Part shown: in pieces, positions 47,219 through 56,793 of the stretch
How positions within the stretch are numbered: position 1 is the stretch's first letter
Layout of the letters: each line of letters opens with the position of its first letter
Source: Candidatus Hydrogenedentota bacterium
GTDB lineage: Bacteria; Hydrogenedentota; Hydrogenedentia; Hydrogenedentales; CAITNO01
DNA: 64,000 nucleotides
Direction: 5' to 3'
Assembly: GCA_903893795.1 (NCBI GenBank)
Contig: CAITNO010000046.1
Span: 3,807 to 67,806 of the forward strand
Notes under the pieces: model-generated
Told to the model about the DNA's origin: nothing
Databases searched by the model: none
What the model saw: only the letters and a program-made list of their open reading frames with translations
Translations under genes and position numbers: made by a program

Positions 47219-47641
47219 TCAGTGTGCGACCACCCCACCCCGCAGGGGCCAGGGGGCAAGTTGCAGGCCGATTTGCATCTTTTCGGACACTTTTCCATTT
47301 CGGAAGGAAATCAGCACGCGGGACATGGGCTGGTCCCCGGGCCAACTGTAGTCCACCATGTCCGCGTTGGGAACGGCCCCGGCGGCACCGCCCTGGTGGG
47401 TGCTGGTGTTCATGCCGTAGGTGCCGAAAATGGTCGCAACGGCCGCCAGCGTCATGCCTGTTTGCACCTGCCGAAACTGCTCGAAGGTCACCCCCGGATT
47501 CATCTGCACGGTTCCAATCTGCGAGGAATTAAAGGTCTGCCGCACGCCAATCCGAATGCCCGAGACGACCCTCGCCGCCACATAGAGCACCACGAGCATG
47601 ACCACCACACCGGCAACTGTCCGAAGCACTACCCCGAACAT
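47219..47641 (-). CDS. Hypothetical membrane-anchored small protein
   Basis: ATG at 47641 with aaagggga RBS. N-terminal TM (VAGVVVMLVVLYVAA). No family recognised. Confidence 0.45.
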   Translation of the reverse strand: MFGVVLRTVAGVVVMLVVLYVAARVVSGIRIGVRQTFNSSQIGTVQMNPGVTFEQFRQVQTGMTLAAVATIFGTYGMNTSTHQGGAAGAVPNADMVDYSWPGDQPMSRVLISFRNGKVSEKMQIGLQLAPWPLRGGVVAH

Positions 47642-47808
47642 GGATTCCCCTTTCTTCTGTTCGAGCAACCGGTATTGACTATACACCGGGAATGCCCCAA
47701 CCGCAATCCCCCAAGATGATGCGGGAATCATCGCGTTCATGGCGGCAGAGGGATTCGGGAATTGACGGAATCAGGCCTTCCCGTGTCGGACAGCATGCAG
47801 AAAAAGCC

Positions 47809-48711
47809 CTATTTGTTGGTCTTTTTATCTTCCGGACCATTGGGAAACATGCAGCATGGGAGGGAGGTCACCCGTTCGCAGGTGTCGACGGGGCAGGTGC
47901 AGGGCGGGGGACAGGCCGCCGACTCGCCGATTTCCTGGTTCATTTCGAGCGCCGGTTCGGCGGCGGTTTCCATGCCGACGCGCCGTGCGGGCACGCCCGC
48001 CACGGTGACGTGGGGCGGCACGGACTTGAGCACCACGGCGCCCGCGGCCACCTTGGCGCCCTCGCCAATCTCGATATTGCCCAGAATCTTGGCGCCTGCG
48101 GCGATGAGCACGCCGTGGCGCACCTTGGGGTGGCGGTCGCCCCATTCCTTGCCGGTGCCGCCCAGGGTCACGGCGTGCAGCATGGACACATTATCCTCCA
48201 CCACGGCTGTTTCACCGATCACCACTCCGGTGGCATGGTCGATGAACACGCCGCGCCCGATCTGGGCCGCCGGGTGGATGTCCACGGCAAAACGTTCGGA
48301 GATGCGGCTTTGCAGGAAGAGCGCCAGATGGATGCGGTCCTGGGTCCAGTAATGGTGGGCGATGCGGTAGGCCTGGAGCGACAGGTAGCCCTTGAAGTAC
48401 AGCAGGGGCTGGGAATACATGCGGCAGGCGGGGTCGCGCTGGCGCACGGCCTCAATGTCCGCCCGGGCGCAGGCCCCCAACTCGGCGTCGACCTGGTGGG
48501 CCTCCTCCATCAGGTCGCGCAGGGACAGCGCCGGCAGTGTGACACTTTCCAGTTTGTGCGCCAGGACGAAACAGAGGGCGTCTTCGAGCGTTTTGTGGCT
48601 CAGGATGGAGGAATGGAGGAAACTCGAAAGCATCGGTTCGCGCCAGACACCTTCGGCCGCCTCGCTTCGAATCGTCTCCCAAATGATGTCCCGGGAAATC
48701 TCGTTTGCCAT
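47809..48711 (-). CDS. cysE: Serine O-acetyltransferase with Cys-rich C-terminal extension
   Basis: SATase N-domain plus hexapeptide-repeat left-handed beta-helix (…GVVIGETAVVEDNVSMLHAVTLGGTG…). An extra ~35-aa tail ACPPPCTCPVDTCERVTSLPCCMF. Confidence 0.8.
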   Translation of the reverse strand: MANEISRDIIWETIRSEAAEGVWREPMLSSFLHSSILSHKTLEDALCFVLAHKLESVTLPALSLRDLMEEAHQVDAELGACARADIEAVRQRDPACRMYSQPLLYFKGYLSLQAYRIAHHYWTQDRIHLALFLQSRISERFAVDIHPAAQIGRGVFIDHATGVVIGETAVVEDNVSMLHAVTLGGTGKEWGDRHPKVRHGVLIAAGAKILGNIEIGEGAKVAAGAVVLKSVPPHVTVAGVPARRVGMETAAEPALEMNQEIGESAACPPPCTCPVDTCERVTSLPCCMFPNGPEDKKTNK

Positions 48712-48814
48712 GAAAGGAATGCTCCCATTCCGGCAGGAAAAACACTGACCAACCACGTTCCCAAACGCCGGAATCCATATAGGATACCACGGGGAACAAG
48801 CGTTGGGGAAAAAA

Positions 48815-48896
48815 GGGTCTTGGGTCTGGGGTCCAGGGTCTGGTGAGCGACAGGGCTGAATTTACTTTTCTTACTAGACCCCAGACCCAAGACCCC
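48815..48896. repeat. Long hairpin: 19-20-bp near-perfect inverted repeat (agggtcttgggtctggggtc … gaccccagacccaagacccc) with 43-nt loop
   Basis: Arms are exact reverse complements over 19 nt. Located between divergent cysE and pgsA. Confidence 0.6.
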
Positions 48897-48936
48897 AAGG
48901 ATGCGACATTTCATTCCAAAATGGTACTATGGGGGC

Positions 48937-49515
48937 ATGAACCTGCCAAATCAACTCACAATGGCCCGATGTGTGCTCGCGCTGTTCTTCGTGGTGTTCA
49001 TGTCTTTTGACCACACGGGATCCTATGCGCTGGCCTATGTACTGTTTGCGGCGGCGGCAATCACCGACTATTACGACGGCAAGATTGCCCGCGAGCGCAA
49101 CCTCATCAGCAACTTCGGCAAACTCATGGACCCCGTTGCCGACAAGGTGCTGATGGTGGCGGCGTTTGTGATGATGATGCGCATGCAGGAGCTGCACCTG
49201 CCCGGCTGGACCGTGGTGGCAATTCTGGGTCGGGAGTTTCTGATTACGGGTGCGCGGTCGCTGGCCGCAGCAGAGGGACTGGTGCTTCCCGCCAACGCTT
49301 ACGGCAAGGCGAAGACGGTCATCCAGATGGTCTTTGTGTTTGTGTTTCTGGCACTGGCCATTCTCAACCGCCTCTTTTTTGGCGCTGAGCATCTTGGCTG
49401 GCTGCGGTTCTGCTCGATGTGCGGTATTATCGCCGTCGCGGTGTACACGGTCTGGTCGGGAGCTCAGTTTGGCTGGGCGAACTGGAAGGCGCTCAAGCTG
49501 AGCGAGTCCGCCTGA
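48937..49515 (+). CDS. pgsA: CDP-diacylglycerol--glycerol-3-phosphate 3-phosphatidyltransferase
   Basis: CDP-alcohol phosphatidyltransferase motif DGKIARERNLISNFGKLMDPVADK. Start chosen at MNLPNQLT. Confidence 0.8.
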   Translation: MNLPNQLTMARCVLALFFVVFMSFDHTGSYALAYVLFAAAAITDYYDGKIARERNLISNFGKLMDPVADKVLMVAAFVMMMRMQELHLPGWTVVAILGREFLITGARSLAAAEGLVLPANAYGKAKTVIQMVFVFVFLALAILNRLFFGAEHLGWLRFCSMCGIIAVAVYTVWSGAQFGWANWKALKLSESA

Positions 49516-49529
49516 GTACCTTAAATGCA

Positions 49530-49550
49530 GGACAGCCGCCCCCGGCTGTC
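49530..49550 (+). terminator. Second copy of hairpin ggacagccgcccccggctgtc
   Basis: 21-mer identical to 15903-15923, immediately after the pgsA stop. No T-run here. Confidence 0.45.
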
Positions 49551-49643
49551 GAATTGTGGCTAAGCTTCCGGGAGTGACAGATGAGGGTGCCTGACCCACA
49601 TTTTGTGCCCTGGACTTTTAATGAAAACACGAGGTAGTTTCCG

Positions 49644-50777
49644 ATGAAGTGCGAAGGCCCCTCGCGGGCCATTATTGACCTTGACGCCTATGCCCACAAC
49701 ATGGGTGTTATCCGTAATTTTGCCGGCCCGAAGCGCGGCGTCATCGCCGTCATCAAGGCGGACGCCTATGGTCACGGTGCCGTGCCCCTGAGCCGCGCGG
49801 CCCTGCGCGGCGGCGCGATCCTGCTGGGGGTGGCCACGGTGCATGAGGCGGTGGTCCTGCGCCAGGCAGGCATCGACGCCCCCATACTGGTCATGGTGAA
49901 CCCCCACGAGGACGAACTGGGCCTGATTGTCGAACACCGGCTGACGCTGATGGTCTCCGACATTGAAACGGCGCAACGGCTGGGCGAACTGGCGCGCGAG
50001 GCCGGACGGATAAGCACGATCCACTGCAAGGTGGACACAGGCATGGGCCGCCAGGGTTTTCCCGTAGACGAGGCGCCCGAGGCGCTCCAGGCCATTTCGC
50101 GCATCACCCACATCGACATTGAGGGAATCGCCACGCATTTCCCCTCGGCGGACAGGCCCGACGACCCCTTCACGCTCAGCCAGATCAAGTCGTTCCGCCA
50201 GGTGGTCCGACGGATCGAAAAACTCGGCGTCCCCTTCGAGTTTGCCCACGCGGCCAACAGCGCCGCCATCATCAACTATGCCGACAGCCTTTTCGACGCC
50301 GTGCGGCCCGGACTGATCAGCTACGGCCTGTGGCCCATGCCCGAGAGTTCCGAACGTTCCCCGCTGCGCCGCGTACTGCGCTGGGAAACCCACGTGGTGC
50401 AGGTGCGCGACCTGCCCGACGGGGCCACCATCGGCTACAACCGCACCTTTACGGCCAACGGGCCCATCCGCACCGCCGTGCTGCCCGTCGGCTATGCCGA
50501 CGGCTACCGCCGCCATCTGTCCAACAACGCCGATGTGCTCATCCGCGGCAGGCGCTGTCCCGTGCGCGGAATCATCAGCATGGACCAGACCGTTGTGGAC
50601 GTGAGCGCGCTGCCTGAAGTGCGCTGCGGCGACACGGCCGTGCTGATCGGGTCCGACGGCGACGAGACCGTCACCGCCGAAGAACTGGCGCGCCGCGCGG
50701 GCACCATTTCCTACGACATCCTCACCGGCATCGGAAAGCGGGTTGTCCGCGAGTACACCGGCGGGGAGGCGGGATAG
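49644..50777 (+). CDS. alr: Alanine racemase
   Basis: PLP-lysine motif AVIKADAYGHGA. TIM-barrel plus C-terminal beta domain (…VSMDQTVVDVS…). Confidence 0.85.
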   Translation: MKCEGPSRAIIDLDAYAHNMGVIRNFAGPKRGVIAVIKADAYGHGAVPLSRAALRGGAILLGVATVHEAVVLRQAGIDAPILVMVNPHEDELGLIVEHRLTLMVSDIETAQRLGELAREAGRISTIHCKVDTGMGRQGFPVDEAPEALQAISRITHIDIEGIATHFPSADRPDDPFTLSQIKSFRQVVRRIEKLGVPFEFAHAANSAAIINYADSLFDAVRPGLISYGLWPMPESSERSPLRRVLRWETHVVQVRDLPDGATIGYNRTFTANGPIRTAVLPVGYADGYRRHLSNNADVLIRGRRCPVRGIISMDQTVVDVSALPEVRCGDTAVLIGSDGDETVTAEELARRAGTISYDILTGIGKRVVREYTGGEAG

Positions 50778-50785
50778 GCCGCGCC

Positions 50786-51331
50786 ATGGCCGAACACTAC
50801 CTGGTCGACGGGTACAACGTGGTCCACCACTCCTCGGTGCTGCGCCCGCTGGCGATGAAGAATTTTGAGGCGGCCCGCGAGGCCTTTGTGGAGAAGCTGG
50901 TCGGGTTCTGCCTCGCCACGCGCAACCGCGTCACCGTCGTCTTTGACGGGCGCGACGAATATGCGCGCATCCACGACAGCCAAAGCGCCCGCGGCGTGCC
51001 CGGACTGGAGATCGTCTACTCGCCCGGCCATCTTTCCGCCGACGCGGTTATCGAGCGCACGGTCTACAACACGCCCAAGCGCCTGGAGTGCATCGTCGTC
51101 AGCAACGACAACAGCCTGCGCAACCTCTGCCGCGGTCTTGGCTCGCTGTCCATGGACGCCGACCACTTCATCAAGACCGTCCGCGACCATCAGGGCCAGT
51201 TGCGCGAGGGGCTTTCCCTTCACAGCCGCAACGCCGCCCAGCCCAACTTCCTAGAAGACCGCCTCGACGCATCCACCATGGAAGGCCTCAAGGCGCTGCG
51301 CGATTCGCTCGACAAGAAGAAGAAAGGTTAG
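50786..51331 (+). CDS. NYN-domain RNA-binding/ribonuclease protein (YacP/Rae1-like)
   Basis: HYLVDGYNVVH N-terminus and length match the YacP-like NYN family. Confidence 0.65.
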   Translation: MAEHYLVDGYNVVHHSSVLRPLAMKNFEAAREAFVEKLVGFCLATRNRVTVVFDGRDEYARIHDSQSARGVPGLEIVYSPGHLSADAVIERTVYNTPKRLECIVVSNDNSLRNLCRGLGSLSMDADHFIKTVRDHQGQLREGLSLHSRNAAQPNFLEDRLDASTMEGLKALRDSLDKKKKG

Positions 51332-51444
51332 GGTCGCAAGTAAGACCGACTCATTGTGGCACGGGCGTTCCATACCTTCTTGGGACTGTCTATACACGCT
51401 AGGACCATGGGCAGGATGCCCATGCCACAAAGCAGTCCAAAGGA

Positions 51445-52035
51445 CTACAGCAGCCGTTCCAATTCCTCATTCGGAATATCCAGCGGGCGGATGTAGCGAA
51501 TTTCGCCGGCCTTCATGTCGTAGATTTCCATCATCGGACCATCGGGCAGACCCGCTTCCGTGATGTGACGGCCCAGCTTTGGATAGACCCGCATGGCGCC
51601 GACCATGATCGACATGCGTCCGCGGAATGGAAAGCGCGCCACCACCGCACGGCCGCCCGGCAGTTGGGCGATGCGGAAGGGAAGCGTCTTTCCCGCAAAT
51701 TCCTGTGCCCTGTCCGCCGGGATGATACAGCCGCCCAGACTGCGGAGCTGGTTCTTGGCCACCTTGCGCGGGTTGTCGTAATACAGGCCGAAGCCAAGGT
51801 CAGCATCGGTGCCGCCGGTTTCGTGCCATGCGCGGCACACGCTGTCGCAGACGGGGCCGATCAACTGGTAGGGGCCGGAATGGGTGTTGTAGGCAATCCA
51901 CATCGGCTCAATGGTCACCGTTTCCGGTTTGACCGGGGCAAAGGCGCCAAAGCGCCGCGCGAAGTAGTAGAGCCCGGCGATGTCCCCCGAAATCACCCCA
52001 ATCACAACGACAATGATTACCACACTCGTGGACAT
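51445..52035 (-). CDS. GyrI-like small-molecule-binding domain protein with N-terminal TM anchor
   Basis: Hydrophobic N-terminus. GyrI/SbmC-like beta-rich domain (…YDNPRKV…GGCIIP…). Confidence 0.5.
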   Translation of the reverse strand: MSTSVVIIVVVIGVISGDIAGLYYFARRFGAFAPVKPETVTIEPMWIAYNTHSGPYQLIGPVCDSVCRAWHETGGTDADLGFGLYYDNPRKVAKNQLRSLGGCIIPADRAQEFAGKTLPFRIAQLPGGRAVVARFPFRGRMSIMVGAMRVYPKLGRHITEAGLPDGPMMEIYDMKAGEIRYIRPLDIPNEELERLL

Positions 52036-52241
52036 GGGCCACCTCCTGTGTCGAAACGCACACGTGCGTTTCTTTCAAGAAAATACCCCATCATCGGCAT
52101 GAACCGCAAAGAGAGGCGTTGCAATCGCATCAAAACTTCGGTGCGCCTGGACGCAGGCTGTTGGGGTCGATGGGGTGTGCGGCGCGGAAGAAGTGCAAAT
52201 ACGTGCATTTTATATATGATGTCAAATTTATGTCTGTTATT

Positions 52242-52340
52242 AGTCCCCCTTTGAAGGGGGCAGCCGCGAAGCGGCGGGGGGATGTGGAGCCCGAAGCAAG
52301 ACCAACATCCCCCTAAATCCCCTTTCGAAGGGGGACTTAA
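52242..52340. repeat. Composite repeat: inverted pair of the cccctt(c/t)(g/a)aagggg hairpin core (52242-52260 and 52316-52335) enclosing copy B of the aagaccaacatccccctaaatcccc element
   Basis: 52298-52340 is ~90% identical to 17883-17925. The upstream arm agtccccctttgaaggggg is the inverted partner. MITE-like. Confidence 0.55.
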
Positions 52341-52437
52341 GACAATATCATGCTAGAGGTTATGAACGTTTCCTGGGTTTGGAATAATGTCCGTTTTGAC
52401 GCGATAACCCTGCAAAAAGGAGCCCGGTCGATTCGGC

Positions 52438-53361
52438 TCACCCGCCGCGCCGGTGGGCCTTGAAGAAGTTCCATATGACCCGCGTGGCGTCGGGTTCGGG
52501 AGCCGTCGGGCCGACGATGAAGCTGGGATACCAGTTCTTGTGTCCCGCCCAGGTGTGTCCGCCGCCGCCTATCTCGTAGAACAGCACCTCCCGCGCCGGG
52601 TCGCAGGACCAGGTCCATTTCTTGACGTGGAATTCATCCCCCGAAGCGGCATCTGGCACTATCTCGGCCGTGGGCGTGTCACCGCACCCGTTCCGTTTTG
52701 CCCAGAAGGCCGCGTTTTCCTGTGCCGACAGGAAATGAACGTTCCGCCCCGGTCCGGCATTGGTGTCGCCGCCGTTGAAGGGGATGACCGGGTCCTTCGT
52801 GCCGTGCAGGAAGAGCACGGGTATGGGTGGTTGGACGGGCCAGTTCGCCGCCCAGTCCGTGGTCATGCTGCCCATGACCGGGGCGATGGCCGCGAGGCGG
52901 TCGCTCATGCAGGCGAAATATTGCGTCATCATGCCTCCGGCTGACGCGCCGGTGGCATAGATACGGTCGGGGTCAATCTTGCAGCGCGCGGAGACACTGT
53001 CTATCAGCGCGTTCAGGAAAGCGACATCGTCCGGGCTCTTGTTGCCCCAGACGTTCCACACGCGCCACTGCCCCTGCGGATAAACCACCACGAAGCCCTC
53101 GCTGTCGGCCAGCGCGTCGAAACCGGTCACGGTCTGCATGCCCTTGTCCGTGTCGCTGAACTGGTGCAGCGCCAGTACAAGCGGCACGGCGCCCTTGTCC
53201 GCAATGTTTGCGGGAACGTGCATCCGGTAGTGCCGTGTCACGCCGTTCACCTGGATGGATTCATCCAGACGAATGCATCCCGCCGTCACCGACACCGCCG
53301 CCGCCAGCACGGCCAACCCGGCCAGCGTGCCCAATCCCGCCCAACGCAAAGATTTTTTCAT
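52438..53361 (-). CDS. Secreted PHB-depolymerase-like alpha/beta-hydrolase esterase (LpqC family)
   Basis: ATG at 53361 with aggaga RBS. Signal peptide. GASAGG nucleophile elbow. LpqC/esterase_PHB-like pattern. Confidence 0.65.
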   Translation of the reverse strand: MKKSLRWAGLGTLAGLAVLAAAVSVTAGCIRLDESIQVNGVTRHYRMHVPANIADKGAVPLVLALHQFSDTDKGMQTVTGFDALADSEGFVVVYPQGQWRVWNVWGNKSPDDVAFLNALIDSVSARCKIDPDRIYATGASAGGMMTQYFACMSDRLAAIAPVMGSMTTDWAANWPVQPPIPVLFLHGTKDPVIPFNGGDTNAGPGRNVHFLSAQENAAFWAKRNGCGDTPTAEIVPDAASGDEFHVKKWTWSCDPAREVLFYEIGGGGHTWAGHKNWYPSFIVGPTAPEPDATRVIWNFFKAHRRGG

Positions 53362-53488
53362 GGATTTTCTCCTGTCGCAACAACCCCGCGCCCCGCTTCG
53401 GCATTCCATCGGCGTCCCGACAAGAACCCTCCTGCCTTTGTGATGACAAAGATACGCCAAGCCATGCTACAGTGTCGCCTTCAGGAGC

Positions 53489-54745
53489 ATGATCATGGCA
53501 GGCAATGACCTTCCCATACTATCCGATTTGGAGCGCACCGTGCTGCGCGACCTTGCACTGCGCGTGGCGGAACAGGCCGCAAGGCCCGTCGAGGACGAAA
53601 AGCGCCGCGAGTGGTACCGTCACAACGCGCTGCAACCGGGCCGCCCGCTGGTCTTTTGCGACCCCGAGAACGGTTGGCACGAAATCTTTCCCCCCGAATC
53701 CCTGCAATGCAACTCCGAGTTGGCGCGGCAGTGGGAGTTTGAACTGCGCATTAAGGATTTCTATGGCGCGCGCATGCGCGATGACCGGGTGATTGATGCC
53801 CGCTTCACGCTGCGGCCCGTGGCGCAGGAGACGGGCTGGGGACTTCAGACGCCGATCATCGGCAGGGGAGAGGGCAAGGCCTTCACCTGGGACCCGCCGC
53901 TCAAAGACCTGAACGACCTCTCGGGTTTGCGCGTCCCTGCTGCGACGGTGGATGGGGAGGCCACTGACCGGTTGAAGGCCTTTGCCGAGGAGCTGTTTGA
54001 CGATGTCTTGTCGGTGGACGTCAAAGGGGTGTGGTGGTGATCGCTGGGCATGACCCAGCGACTGGTATACCTGCGGGGGCTGGAGCAGATGATGTTCGAC
54101 ATGCTGGAGAACCCGGAGGGGTTTCACCGGCTGATGGCCTTCATGCGCGACGCGCAACTGGCGCGGCTAGACCAACTGGAGGCGGACGGCCTGCTCTGCC
54201 TGAACAACGGCAACGACTACGTGGGGTCGGGCGGATTCGGTTTTACCGATGAACTGCCAGCGACCGGTCACCACGGGCTGGTGCGCACACGGGACATGTG
54301 GGGCTTCTGCGAGAGCCAGGAGACGCTGGGCGTTGCCCCGGAGATGTTCGAGGAATTCGTGTTCCAGTACCAGTTGCCCATCCTGGAGCGCTTCGGGCTC
54401 AACTGCTATGGCTGCTGCGAGCCGCTCGACGGGCGCTGGGCAGTGGTGAAGAAGACGCCGCGTCTGCGGCGGGTGTCCGTGTCGGCCTGGGCCGCGCCGG
54501 AGCGGATGGCCGAATATCTGGGCAACCGGTTCATCTTCTCGGCCAAGCCGAACCCGGCCCATCTGGCTGTGCCGGTGTTTGACGAGGCACCGGTTCGCCG
54601 CGACCTGCGCAGGATTGTTGAGGCGGCGAGGGGTTGTCCGCTGGAACTCATCATGAAAGACAACCAAACGATTGCGAAGGACCCGGCGCGGGTATGCCGC
54701 TGGGTGGAGATTGCCCGCGAGGAAATGGAACGGGTGGCGGGGTGA
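53489..54745 (+). pseudogene. Hypothetical protein gene interrupted by an in-frame TGA at 54038-54040 (two same-frame ORFs 53489..54040 and 54050..54745)
   Basis: Both ORFs are in the same frame, separated by a single stop (gtg tgg tgg TGA tcg ctg ggc atg). Together they would give one ~417-aa protein. Family not confidently assigned. Confidence 0.5.
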
Positions 54746-54829
54746 GGCCGGGCCGGGCTTAGTGGAGCGTGGGATTTACTGGGAGCGCCGGCATCCCTGC
54801 CGGCTCTTGGGCCAAAACGATGACCCAGT

Positions 54830-55288
54830 TTAGTGGAGTGTGGGACCGAAGCCTTCGAAGGTGTTGTACATCGCGTTCTGGGCCTCCACGTTGCGCATGG
54901 TCCCGAACACCGACGACAGCAGATAATCCAGCGCGTCCATGTCGACTTCCCCGTCGTACTGGAGCAGGCGCTCGATAATCATCTCCCGCTCCATGGGGTC
55001 GAGCAGGTCATTCAATTCCAGCCGCGTGAGGGCACTGCGCGCATCTGAGGACAGCCGGGCGTGCTCGTACAGTGCGAACTGCCGCAACCCGCGCGGACGC
55101 GCCTCCTCCACGGAATCGGGCATGGTGAGCCGCATCGCGACCAGTTTAAGGGCCGCGTCGATGTCCCGTTTGTTGTACCCTTGGTTGGCCAGCCACGAGC
55201 GCACATTGCTCTCGGTGCACAGAACATCCGGGGTTTCCTCCATCTGACGGAGGATGGCGTTGACCGCCTTTACTACCGACTGCTTCAT
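54830..55288 (-). CDS. smg: Smg-like protein (DUF494)
   Basis: C-terminal …REMIIERLLQYD…NAMYNTFEGFGPTLH parallels E. coli Smg (…REMVIERVLALD…LFEVNEGMLH). ~150 aa. Confidence 0.45.
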   Translation of the reverse strand: MKQSVVKAVNAILRQMEETPDVLCTESNVRSWLANQGYNKRDIDAALKLVAMRLTMPDSVEEARPRGLRQFALYEHARLSSDARSALTRLELNDLLDPMEREMIIERLLQYDGEVDMDALDYLLSSVFGTMRNVEAQNAMYNTFEGFGPTLH

Positions 55289-55418
55289 TCAGATCTCCGC
55301 AGAAATGGACATATCCATTTCTTGGGCGTATTTTAGGCTGGGTCACAGGAAGGTGTCAAAAAGTTCCGGAATAATTTGTTCCGTGCGCTGGACTTTGGAC
55401 ATGCTCGCGTCGGGGCGT

Positions 55419-55619
55419 CTATTGATTCCCGCGCGATGCCGCTCCAAGAGAATTCTGTGCGGCATTCTCACCGCGCTTCAACAGCCAGCGGGTCATTTCC
55501 TGGTTTCGGCTGCGCCAGTATTCAACCTGCTCCCCGTGGGTCTTTCCCTGCAGCGCCACCACAATCTTCTCGGCGCCCTTTCGCTTCATCTCCACACAAT
55601 CAAGGGACTTGTGGCTCAT
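55419..55619 (-). CDS. Small ORF overlapping the 3' end of the PIN gene (possible cognate partner)
   Basis: 66-aa ORF from ATG 55619, 20-bp overlap with the PIN gene stop. No family recognised. Confidence 0.25.
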   Translation of the reverse strand: MSHKSLDCVEMKRKGAEKIVVALQGKTHGEQVEYWRSRNQEMTRWLLKRGENAAQNSLGAASRGNQ

Positions 55620-56070
55620 CTGACACCACCTCCAAGGGTGAGTGAATTGCAATCTCCGCATATCCACGCATCCGGTTAACTGCATTGTACAATGGAATCT
55701 TCTGGAAATGCACGATGTGGCGAAAATTCCAGCTTACGATCATGCGGCATCGAAGGACCGTAGCCAGGGCCACATGCAGTGCGTCGGTCATGCAGCTCTC
55801 CCCGACGATACCGGCGGCCATATAGGCCTCTTGCAGGGCAATAGCATCCTCATGCACTTCATAGAATTCGATGCAGTCGGCCAGGTCGCCAAAGAAATCC
55901 TGCACTTTTTTCGGGGCGCCAAGAAGTTCATCCCGGACCAGTGTCGAACTCACGAGTTCAAAACGCGTTCCGCGCACCTGATCAAAGAAGATCCGACTTG
56001 ACGGCGCAAATCCCTCGTCAAACACCCCTCCGAAGACGGAGGTGTCTGCATAGACGCGAAAAGCGTTCAT
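55600..56070 (-). CDS. PIN-domain protein (VapC-like toxin nuclease)
   Basis: MNAFRVYADTSVFGG…D…SWNFRHIV carries the acidic residues and fold pattern of PIN domains. ATG at 56070. Confidence 0.6.
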   Translation of the reverse strand: MNAFRVYADTSVFGGVFDEGFAPSSRIFFDQVRGTRFELVSSTLVRDELLGAPKKVQDFFGDLADCIEFYEVHEDAIALQEAYMAAGIVGESCMTDALHVALATVLRCRMIVSWNFRHIVHFQKIPLYNAVNRMRGYAEIAIHSPLEVVSDEPQVP

Positions 56071-56240
56071 CGGCGCCACTCCCACGGATTGTTCGCTTTC
56101 CCTGACGGCCTCGTCTTTACGGCCTTGAATTCCCAGAATTCCCAGAAATCCTCATGCAGACACCCTCTGGTTGGGGACCATCCCCGGCCGCGACTCCATG
56201 GCCGCGGCCGGGAAACCCCTGGGGAATATGCTGTCTTGGG

Positions 56241-56609
56241 TCAGTGCTTTCCGGTTCTTTGCCGGGCCGGTGGGTCCGCGCCCAGGCGATAGATCTTGAC
56301 TGGAAGCAGTCCTTTGGTGGCGTGAAGTTGGCGGATGGCGGCGCGGGAAAGGTCAATAACCCTGCCTGCCACGAAGGGACCCCGGTCATTGAGCCGGCAA
56401 ACCACCGACCGGCCGTTTTCGGCCACAACCAGGTAATAGTCGCCAAAATTACCGCCACGCATTGCGCAAGAGTAGATTTCGTCCCGCAACGGTTCTCCGG
56501 ATGCGGTGATGGGGAGGCTCTCTCTGGCGGAGTAGTAGGATGCCATGCCTTCGGCCACCGGCACGAAAGGCTGTTGAGAGAGCAACACCAGCGCCATGAT
56601 TTCAAACAT
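56241..56609 (-). CDS. rlpA: RlpA-like double-psi beta-barrel (DPBB) lipoprotein/lytic transglycosylase-like protein
   Basis: GMASYYS…GEPL…YSCAMR…GDYYLVV…NGRSVVCRLNDRGPF…RVIDLSRAA matches the RlpA DPBB domain. Short signal peptide. Confidence 0.7.
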   Translation of the reverse strand: MFEIMALVLLSQQPFVPVAEGMASYYSARESLPITASGEPLRDEIYSCAMRGGNFGDYYLVVAENGRSVVCRLNDRGPFVAGRVIDLSRAAIRQLHATKGLLPVKIYRLGADPPARQRTGKH

Positions 56610-56727
56610 GCGTTCTGGTTATCCTTGTGTTGCGTCCGGTCAACTCAGAGAGAAGGTTACAGCCAGCTCTCAGTGGGTCCGGTCCGTACCCGGCGAATCG
56701 CCGGGCTAGCCCGCGTTCCGTTCCCAC

Positions 56728-56793
56728 CCAATTGCACCTGCTGTCCCTCACACGAGGGACTTTCGAAGTTTTGTCAAAAAACCGTGCAATTGG
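56728..56793. promoter_or_regulatory. Inverted repeat ccaattgcac…gtgcaattgg enclosing hairpin gtccctc-acacg-agggac, upstream of rlpA
   Basis: 10-bp perfect arms 46 nt apart, with an inner 7-bp-stem hairpin. Confidence 0.35.

Noticed and set aside
48874-49599. 241-aa minus-strand ORF
   Set aside because: Antisense to pgsA, which has the diagnostic CDP-alcohol phosphatidyltransferase motif.
54038-54040. Selenocysteine (UGA-Sec) interpretation of the in-frame TGA
   Set aside because: No convincing SECIS-like stem-loop directly downstream, and the context (WW-TGA-S) is not a typical redox Cys/Sec site. Kept only as a possibility to check.
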